Of a stretch of DNA of 64,000 bases, positions 40,174 to 49,487 are shown piece after piece. The notes under the pieces were generated by a model, which had not been told where the DNA came from, searched no databases, and saw nothing but the letters and a program-made list of their open reading frames with translations. The stretch lies in the NCBI RefSeq assembly GCF_026210795.1, contig NC_089435.1, positions 4,216,001 through 4,280,000 of the forward strand, given 5' to 3'. The translations under genes were made by a program, and so were the position numbers. Position 1 is the stretch's first letter, and each line of letters opens with the position of its first letter. This DNA is from Rhizophagus irregularis. Taxonomy: Eukaryota.

Positions 40174-40421
40174 AATTTTTTTATTTTTTTTGCATCATGT
40201 AACAGCGATATTTTTCACAAAATTTTATTATGTATATTACTTTCAGCTCATTAAATAAAGTATTGATACATTAAGAATGTGATATGGCCCCGGTGGCATA
40301 CCACATTACTCTACCGTCCGTACAAATATTCACTCTGTTAATACAACCATACATTTGATTCATTTTTTAAGTAATTAGAAAGTTCGACCTTAAGGTCTTT
40401 AATCTTTCTAATTCCTACTTA

Positions 40422-40551
40422 CAGTCTGCCCTCGATGTATGATGTAACGAATTTTACCGAACACGTGATATTTAATCAATTGTCAAATTCATCAAATCTA
40501 CCTTCGCTTGTAGATTCAGGATGGCAACTTCACTATATCAAGGGCAGACTG
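40422..40551. mobile_element. Tc1/pogo-type MITE (130 bp)
   Basis: TIR cagtctgccct(c/t)gat; TA flanks. Confidence 0.75.
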
Positions 40552-40628
40552 TATTTAATGAAGATCAAACAAAATTAACTGAGCATCATATGCATGATCA
40601 TACTTTTCAAATTTTACAATTGCAGATA

Positions 40629-41363
40629 CAGTAACACCCCTATAAGTGCACCCTCTATAAGTGCATTCCCTCTCTATATGCACTCCATAGCTTGATCCCG
40701 AGCTCGGGACTTAGAGCTAAGTGCACTCCCTCTATGTTCTGCACGTACAAGCAAATCTGAGTCCCGGGTATATTAGAATACCCTCCATAAATGCATTCAC
40801 GTGACTATTGCAAAATTTTGACCAATCATTGATAACGGTTAATTTTTAAATTAATTTAATTTATCAATTTAGAAGTGAAATCATGGCGAACTATATAACA
40901 GTAAACTTTTATTTTGTAGTTACAAGCAATTACATTTGACTATGAAATTCGTTAGTACCAACTACTATAACATCATAAATTAAATTATAGATGAATTGGA
41001 GTAAATTACAAGCGTGTGAACATCTTACTTGATCAATTATCCCAAATTAGTATAGCAAGAAGATTTTTTTTAAGGAGACAGATAGTGGGAAAGATTGAAA
41101 AATTTTTTAGGGCCAAAAAAAATAGTTTAATGCGGCAAACTGACATTAACACATATTTTCACTAAATTTTCGCAAAATATGTTGTTTTATTTGGATTTGA
41201 GTTTAATAAAAAAAATTTAAAACTTATAAATAAAAATTTTTGTCAGAAACCTAATTGTGTAACAAAATCTATTTTTCTATTGGCTGTTCTATAAATGCAC
41301 ACCCTCCCTAAGTACACGTGCATAGTCGGTCCCGAGGTGCGTGCATTTAGGGAGGTGTTACTG
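40629..41363 (+). mobile_element. internally deleted pogo-like DNA transposon (735 bp) retaining the transposase C-terminus
   Basis: Termini cagtaacacc... / ...ggtgttactg with TA flanks; taagtgcac/taaatgcac subterminal repeats. Internal coding remnant IVGKIEKFFRAKKNSLMRQTDINTYFH* ends at 41165. Confidence 0.8.
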
Positions 41364-41622
41364 TACTGCTTTGGATTAGTCGTGAACAAGTTTTCGGTTT
41401 TGCGAGTGCACCAGTATTAATCCCGATTCAATTTTTCAAAAGCTCGGAGCGGTACGGAAGATTTTTTTGCGCCAAAATGTATGTACATTACTCCATTTTG
41501 TGTTACAAAAGAAATAAACGGATCACGCGGCCAGTCTGTAAAACAATCATTTTAGGTATTTTTTTTTCGCAAATAAAAGTTTTCAACAATAATATTTTGC
41601 AAAAAAATAATATAAAACCCTA

Positions 41623-42450
41623 AATGACATTAAATTATGGAAAGTGAAAACCCCCTGACGATCGCAACGATCCTTTGAACAATCTCTCGCTCCGGGGCCA
41701 AACAGAACTGCTTCTTGCGACAAAAAAAGATTTCGAAATATATTTTCGAGAGACACCAGCTGAAGAAAGTATTTCATGTCATACATAGTCGAGCTACTCG
41801 TGCCAACCGCCATTTCGTAAACACCAAGGTTAAACACCTACTAATGGCGGAAATAAAACTTCGTCAAGATGTTACTCCTCTCAACAAAGCATTATGGGGT
41901 ATCGAAGATTATTTTATTTATTCTTACTGCTATCTGGCTAGGGTCTAGAGAAAGAAGACGATTCGCCCATCCGTGCAGATGGAGTTAACCTTGACACGTA
42001 AATGCAAAGCCGATAAAATCGATAGTAGGAAAGGAGTAGATAGGGTGTTTGTAATTGTTACCGATACGTCTGAATGGTATTTTATGGAATGTTCGCCAGA
42101 TAACGATTAAGGATCCTGAAAATTACTGGAATAAGTAACAATTTTTATAATTTTGGCCAGATATTTATTTCCTGTTTTAGTAACTGACTGACACTATAAT
42201 AATTCCAGCCCTGAAAAAACGCGTACAGCTATTAGTAAATTTTTTTTGGCTACCTTACTTATTTTAATATTTTTCGGGGTCCTAGATATCGGAACCTGTG
42301 ACTGTCGTGAACAAAGATGAGAATTTGCAAGCTAAGGCTCAGGCATATTGTATGGTTATTGAGGAGACGCAGCAGATGGAGGACGCTTCACAAAGTGGGG
42401 ATCGAGGGAAATAAAAGGTAAGATCAATGAATAATCTTGCGGGAAATTGA
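41623..42450 (+). pseudogene. Crinkler (CRN)-like gene: N-terminal LWKV domain plus C-terminal nuclease-like segment; frameshifted, internally deleted, with an insertion at ~42110-42283
   Basis: Across frames: NDIKLWKVKTP / DDRNDPLNNLSLRGQTELLLATKK / ISKY.FRETPAEE / HV..VE, then VQMELTLTRKCKADKIDSRKGVDRVFVIVTDTSEWYFMECSPDND [insert] ISEPVTVVNKDENLQAK..HIVWLL..VRSMNNLAGN*. Insert ends aggatcctgaaaat / atttttcggggtcct are imperfect inverted repeats. Confidence 0.7.
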
Positions 42451-42729
42451 ATTGAACCCTGGCTTTTCTGTAGAAATCGTGAAAAATGTCAGTTTATATA
42501 ACTCTTTAACAATATTAACTTTACTATAGCATAGAAACATTCATGTAATACTCGAGTTGCAAAGCAATGAGAAGGCTTCACATGTATTAATAAAATTTTT
42601 TTTTGCAAATTTCTCTGACGAGCTGTCATGAAGGATTACGCGATTTTTACTAATTCGAAATTTTGAATAAAAGCAGAATTTAAAAATAATGTAAAACATT
42701 CATCATTCCGTCGATTTGTTAAGAAAATT

Positions 42730-44030
42730 TAATTAGCCGAAATTGACAAGCATTGAAAGGAGAATGTTGAAACTCCTGAACTTAGAAAAAAGTTCGCTGG
42801 GGTTGAAACTAAAAATGCTGAGCTTGAAGTTAACTTGAGGATGAGAGTGCGAATCTCAGGAACTTAGAAGCTGAATTGAGGAATTGGAGGGAATAAAGAA
42901 GATAGTATATACTGAGAATGCTAAGCGTGATGTTAAGAATGCTGAGCTTATGGCTAGAGTTGTGAAATTGGAACAAGATTACAGGCGTCAGGACATGATT
43001 TCTCTCCCAAGGAAGAGATACTAGAGGTAGTAACAATATTAGTTGTTGTTATACTCGACTCTGTAGTAGTAGTCCCAGTACAATAATGAAATAGGACGAC
43101 CATCGCAAACGCTGAGTCATTGTTGGAAGACAAGGAAACAGATGCTTTCTTGAATGAGGTGAATAAGAAAAGGTCATTAATGACTAAGATAAAGCAGCGC
43201 AATAAAAACTGTTGCTACACAGAACTCATCTTCTGTAGCTCAGGACAAATAATCTCAATCGCATACTAAGAAGAAAGAAGCGGTGGAAACATCGTACAGG
43301 ACGTATTTGATCTCACGGTTACTTCGGCATCTGAGAAAATCATGCGACTGAAATTTCCGTGATGAAAAATCTGATACGAATAATCCAAGAAGCATGTGAT
43401 GCGAAAGAACAAGCAATTCAAATTAATCAAGACTAAGAAGTATTGTGTTGGCGTTACCATATTACAAAATTCAACAAAAAGACTATAGAAACTAAAATTG
43501 GCAAAAAAAACAAAGGTATGAATTATGAAAATCTTCTCTGATCTTGTTTCATTTAGGCGACCAAAGCCTATAAGGAAGGACTAGAAATAAGAGGAGCCTT
43601 GTTGGATTACGTTAAACTCCTGGTACTAAAAGAGAAAAATCATGCAGGCAGACTCAAATAAAGATTTACGAGATTTTTTGAAAAATGGGAATAATAAAAT
43701 CAAGTATATCAAAACGTAGTGTGAAATCTATTTCGTAATTATCGAATAGTCAATTCAAACTACTGTATTATACATAGGTCATTTCGTTGAAAACCCCTAA
43801 TATGGAATTCACTAATTATCCATTCTTTTAACTCATGTCTCTAATTCTTCAGATCCAAACAATTTGCCCAAAAAAGCTGATGATGACGGTTACAACGAGA
43901 TATTCGATCTCTGGGGCGAGCAGACAAAGTAAAATAAATTCTATCCCCGATTCTTCCAGCTCTAGTAAAGGATGAAGATGACGTAGAGGAAAAGGAAATA
44001 ACAAAGTGAATCAAAGACAATAAAATTTTT
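42730..44030 (+). pseudogene. degenerate coiled-coil protein of a repetitive Glomeromycota family (possibly TE-borne)
   Basis: Broken frames read ELRKKFAGVETKNAELEV, ENAKRDVKNAELMARVVKLEQD, SLLEDKETDAFLNEVNKK, PGTKRE, IYEIFEKMGNNKIKYIKT, with many stops and indels. The 3' part is duplicated at 47550-48300. Confidence 0.5.
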
Positions 44031-44344
44031 AGTTAAAACCTTTTATCTTGAAAATATTACTTCAGTTAAGAGTACAACCGTGTTTTGAAAGTCAAGATTC
44101 AAGTAAAGTTCATGATACTCTGTGGTACAAAGATGGTTTGTTTATTTACAAGACGAGTAATGCCGCATATCGGTCTTTTTGTTTACAAGGAGAGAAGTGC
44201 CATATAATGATTAAGCCTTTATTTTTATTTTATTTTTTTTAAGAACATAAAATTAAAATTGAAAAGTACTACAGTTCATGTATAACATTGCAAATAATAA
44301 TTATAACATGATTTTACAATAACTGAAATTAAGGTACACTCTCA

Positions 44345-45500
44345 CTCGTTTTCATGTCATCACTCGTTTTCATGTTGTCAGTTGGTTTCATTTCACCACT
44401 CGCTTTAATGTCATCATTCGTTTTCATTCATCATTTGTTTTTATGTTGTCAGTTGTCTTCATTTCATCATTCGTCTTCATTTCATCATTCGTCTTCATTT
44501 CATCATTCGTCTTCATTTCATCATTCGTCTTCATTTCATCATTCGTCTTCATTTCATCATTCGTCTTCATTTCATCATTCGTCTTCATTTCATCATTCGT
44601 CTTCATTTCATCATTCGTCTTCATTTCATCATTCGTCTTCATTTCATCATTCGTCTTCATTTCATCATTCGTCTTCATTTCATCATTTGTCTTCATTTCA
44701 TCAGTCGTTTTCATTTCATCGGTCGTTTTCATTTCATCATTCATTTTAATGTCATCATTCATTTTAATGTCATCATTCATTTTAATGTCATCATTCATTT
44801 TAATGTCATCATTCATTTTAATGTCATCATTCATTTTAATGTCATCATTCATTTTAATGTCATCATTCATTTTAATGTCATCATTCATTTTAATGTCATC
44901 ATTCATTTTAATGTCATCATTCATTTTATTGTCATCATTCATTCTAATGTCATCATTCATTCTAATGTCATCATTCATTTTAATGTCATCATTCATTTTA
45001 ACGTCATCATTCATTTTATTGTCATCATTCATTCTAATGTCATCATTCATTTTAATATCATCGTTCGTTTTAATGTCATCAATCGTTTTAGTATCATCAC
45101 TAGTTGCGGCCGATATACTCATATTTAAGTCATCACTAGTTTGTCCGTATGGATGATCATCAGCAGTAGCTTGTATGCTCGCCATCAAGTCATCACTAGT
45201 TTGTCCGTACGGATGGTCATCAGCAGTAGCTTGTATGTTCGACATCAAGTCATCACTAGTTTGTCCGTATGGATGGACATCAATAGTAACTGGTACGCTC
45301 CTTATCAAATCATCACTAGTTTGTCCGTATGGATGATTATCAACAGTGACTGGATTAGTTTGTCTATATGAACTAGTATCAGCAGCTGTCGATATATTCG
45401 TAATTGTAGTTTGCCCGTATGGATAATTATTAGCAGTAACTGGTTCTACATTCGTCATGAATACTCCGTATGGATGATTACTAGCAGTAGCCGGTACTAC
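44345..45500 (-). repeat. coding repeat in T4: ~57-nt HPYGQTSDDL units, then ~40 18-nt units in two blocks, (DIKMND)n and (EMKTND)n
   Basis: Near-perfect 18-nt periodicity: tcattcattttaatgtca at ~44740-45060 and tcattcgtcttcatttca at ~44455-44735. Confidence 0.9.
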
Positions 45501-46323
45501 ATTCGTCATGCCTACAACGTATGGATGATATACAACAGGTTGTCTGTATGGAGCAGCAGCAGCAGCATCTTCTTCACTTTTTCTTCTCTGTGCATAAGAG
45601 TAAACTACTATAGCAAAGTAAATCTGCGTTTACGTTAAATAAAATAAAAATTATTAAGATATCTTATTTTTAAGAATAACTAATAACTTACAAAAAGTAT
45701 AGTAACTTTAATACACGTACCGATAAAAGGAATAAAAAAATAGAAGAAGCAATAGCTCTTGACCGACTAGCACATTTGTAATGAAAACATGAATCCGATG
45801 ATAGAAAGATAATAATTATGAGATTACTTAAAATATCATGAAATGTAAAGAGAATAACTATGGCAAAATATATTCTCAAATTTTTATAAGTATTCTAAAA
45901 TAAAGTTTATATAGAATTAATAGAATATTTTATTTATTGAATAACATTAGTATTGTTACTTATTTCATTACATACTGCAAAAGTCAATACGTATAATCCA
46001 TACGCTGCTCCAAGTGTTGTTAATACATAAAGAACAATCTGTATCACTCCGAACACTAAATTTTATTTGTTAAAAAAAAAAACTTTTTTTTTTATAAAAA
46101 ATAAAAGGGAATAAAGTGACTTTTAAAAGAGATTTACCTGTACTAATTATAGTTGCATAAACTCCATAAAACTTTTTTTTGAAAATATTTTGTTAAAGAC
46201 GTTCATATACTTTATAAACCTTGAAAGAATTGAGAAACATACAAGCCATATTAATGTTATAATCGTAACTCCAGCTTTTAATGGAATACAACCGCAACAA
46301 AAGTTCGGTCTTGTTATAGGCAT
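44424..46323 (-). CDS. 4-TM paralog T4 with a long acidic repeat tail, 522 aa
   Basis: Exons 46323-46243, 46171-46138, 46055-45976, 45894-45721, 45623-44424 (1569 nt). MPITRPNFCCGCIPLKAGVTIITLIWL...IYFAIVVYSYAQRRKSEEDAAAAAPY... Confidence 0.85.
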
Positions 46324-46600
46324 CCTAATTAGTATTTGTAAATAATTATGAAAAAAGGATTTTAAAGGACAAACAAAGAACCCAACAATCCAACGAACTA
46401 ATATGTTATTTCTTTCCTTCCTTTTTCTTTAAAAAAAAAATGTTAATGTGAAAGAGAGAACTGGAGAAAATGCATAAAAATTGTAGATCTTGCGGAGTTT
46501 CCGGAAGTGCATACATATGCGATAATCCAAATTTAAATGAATGTAATTTAACGAGTATAATGAAATTGATCAATAATCAAGTCTACTATATACCGTATAT

Positions 46601-46758
46601 CGCGGGCCACAGTACCCAGGGTATCTCCCCCATTACGCGAATTTTACTATTAATAGAGGGTGTTTAAAACTTATAAAAAATTAGGGTATTGTTACACGTC
46701 ACACCTAAATGGAGAATGTGACTTCCTTTTTGAGACATAGGAGGGACTATGGCCCGTA
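46601..46758. mobile_element. small TIR element inserted upstream of T4
   Basis: cgggccacagtaccc versus gggactatggcccg (inverted). Absent from the paralogous T3 upstream region at ~36811-36850. Confidence 0.6.
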
Positions 46759-47549
46759 CATATAAAGAAATCGGAGTTTTTTTTCCAGTAGTTTTTGAAT
46801 GCAAGATCAGCATTTTCCAATTTAAGTAATTAGCTCGGAGAAAAGAATGCCGAAAGCCCGTACAATATATCTAACTCTAATTGTGGTATTTATTTATCTT
46901 AATTAATTTGATAATCATACTAACCAAGAAAGTTGAACGTTTATATACTAAGCCCAACTTCTTCACAAATAGTAGATTGAATGTAATAGTCGTAATATGT
47001 AAATAAATTGATGATCATAATCAAATATGATAATGAAAATAAATTAATTTAGTAAATTTAGTAAAGTATAATATGTTGCGTAATAACTTTTTATTTTTAT
47101 TTATTATTTTTAATTAAAATAAATAAATTAGAAAGATGCATTGGGTTTTTTTTTTATTAATTATAGTTACTAATATTTTTTTTTCTCTTTAAGGCTTATT
47201 TAAATTAAAACAACAATTTCGGGATAATTATTAGTCCCTAATCTGCACCTGATCGGTCCTTATTGAAATCAGCTGTTTATTCGAAAAAATTAAAATTTTA
47301 ATTTCAATGAGCAAATAAAAATGAAATAATAAATATATACTTAATTTGTTTTATTTTGTAAAAAAAATACACAATTTAATTGTAATTTGTAAAAAAAAAA
47401 AATACTAAAATTGTTAGATGCGTCTATTAAAATTTCTTTATTAGTTTAGTAAAATATTTCTTTTCCTTTTGCAATTTTTTTTATAAAAATATTGGTTTAT
47501 CATATCATTAAATAACAAATTTACATATTTTAACAAAGTTACAAATACA

Positions 47550-48405
47550 GTATGTCATCTGAGAAAAAATCATGTGACTAAATTTCCGTGATAGTCCGTC
47601 AGTCCTAAATCTAACCTTCTTATTTCAAGAAGCATGTGATGCAAAGGAATGAGAAATCCAAGCTAATCAAGAAGAATTATTGTGTTGACGTTACCATATT
47701 AGAGGATTCAATAAAAAGACTATGGAGTACTATAAAGGGTGTGGTTTATGGTAATCTTATTAAACTCCTTCCCGGTACTAAACGAGAAAAATCACGCAAG
47801 CAGACTCAAAGAGCCAGAAGGATCATTCATGGGATTTTCGAAAAATAGGAATTAATAAAATCAAACGTAGTGTGAAATCTATTTCGTATTATCTGATAGT
47901 CAATTCAAACCACCGCCGAAAATCCGATATGGAATTCACTAGCCCCTATAAAAATTTTTTTAGAAAATTGATCATATATCAGAGTTTATCTGGAAAACTA
48001 GAAAATGATTATTTATCGGAGTTTTTCCAGAAAATTTTTATAGGGATAATGATCCCTATTCTTTTAACTCTCGTCTCTAATTCTTCAGGTCCAGACAATT
48101 CGACGATGACAGTTACAACGAGTCCTGGAAAGATATCGATCCTGGGGCGAGCAGACAAAGCAAAATAAATAAATTCTATTACAATTCTTCCAGTTCTAGT
48201 GAAGGATTAGGATGATGAAGAGGAAGAGGAAATAACAAAGTGAATTATTAAAGTGAAGAAAAAAGCCAATAAAATTTTTAGTCGAAACCTTTTATCTTAA
48301 AATATTACTTAAGAGTACAAACATGTATTTGAACGTCAGGGTCTCAATTGAATGCCTGTGATACACAAATAGTATTTATAAGACGAGAAATGCTGCATAA
48401 CGGTA
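47550..48405 (+). repeat. diverged duplicate of 43327-44175 (pseudogene 3' part plus flank)
   Basis: Shared blocks: catctgagaaaa.tcatg.gact.aaatttccgtgat, aagaagcatgtgatgc, aaacgtagtgtgaaatctatttcgta, tctaattcttcag.tcca.acaatt, caataaaatttttagt. Confidence 0.85.
47942..48046. mobile_element. CCCTATA-family MITE (copy 5); empty site visible in the paralogous segment
   Basis: Filled site ggaattcacTA[gcccctata...ataggga]TAatgatcc versus empty site ggaattcacTAattatcc at 43804-43821. Confidence 0.85.
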
Positions 48406-48633
48406 CATAGCATGTGCTATTCAATGATCTTACAATAAATAATTTATGGATATTGCACTGGATGAATACTACCATTAATTTAGATGATTCGATATATCTA
48501 ATATTGTAGACATCTAGAGTAAATATTTATCCTCTTTTTAATCAAAATTGAATGATGATTTAATAGCTATTGATGAAAATATTGGTCAAACAAAATCAGC
48601 ATTATCCTATATATGACCGTGTAATAATAGAAA

Positions 48634-49487
48634 TCAGGGTACGCTCGTCATGGTTTGTCCGTATGGATGATCATCAGTTGCAGCTGCAGCATCTTCCTTG
48701 CTTTTTCTTCTCTTTGTATATGCCAAAACTACTATAGGAAAGTAAGCCTGAATTTAAAATAAAAAAATACATTAAAATGTCTCACTTATAGGACAGAAAA
48801 AAATAATTTATGAAAAAAATATATAGTATGTTTAATACGTACCGATAAAAGAATTGAAATAACTGCAATAACGATTAATATATTACATCCACCGTAATAA
48901 TCATAATTATTATTTGCACATTTCTTTAAAGAGAATGTTTGTTTATATAATGAAATAATAATAATAGTTGCTAAATTTTTCATAATTTCAACAGCTGCTA
49001 TGAAAAAAGCTATAATAGAATATTTTCTTAACATTTTAGAAGTATTCTAAAATGAAAATTAAATAAAATTAGTAGAGTTTTATTTCAAAAGATATTAGTA
49101 TTATTACTTATTTAATTACATACTGCAAAAGTTAATACATATAATCCAAAAGTTGCCCCAAGTGTTACAAATCCATAAAGAATGGTTACTGCAATATATC
49201 TTCTTCTGTACACTAAATACATTATATTTTTTGTCATTTTAACAATACTTTTTTTTAAAAAAAAATAAAGAGGAAATAAAGTGAAACTACCTGAGATATA
49301 AATTGCATTTTCTACAGTTGCATAAGCTCCATATATCTTTTTTTTTTAAAGTATTTTGTTAAAGATGTTCAAACATACAGCTTAAAAAAAAAAGATTGAA
49401 ACATACAAGCCATAATAACGTTATGATCACAACACCAGATTTTAACGGAATACAGCAACAGCATTCATTTATTTTTGTTAGAGCCAT
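48634..49487 (-). CDS. 4-TM paralog T5, 177 aa, with a single tail unit
   Basis: Exons 49487-49407, 49336-49291, 49212-49124, 49046-48843, 48747-48634 (534 nt). MALTKINECCCCIPLKSGVVIITLLWL...AYFPIVVLAYTKRRKSKEDAAAATDDHPYGQTMTSVP*. Confidence 0.85.

Noticed and set aside
44354..45156. + strand ORFs (SSFVFI)n and (HHSSSF)n
   Set aside because: Antisense or alternate frames of the T4 18-nt repeat; the minus-strand frame is the one joined to a spliced gene.
34310..45500. Regular repeats as a possible CRISPR array
   Set aside because: No unique spacers, units are in-frame coding repeats, the context is eukaryotic and there are no cas genes.
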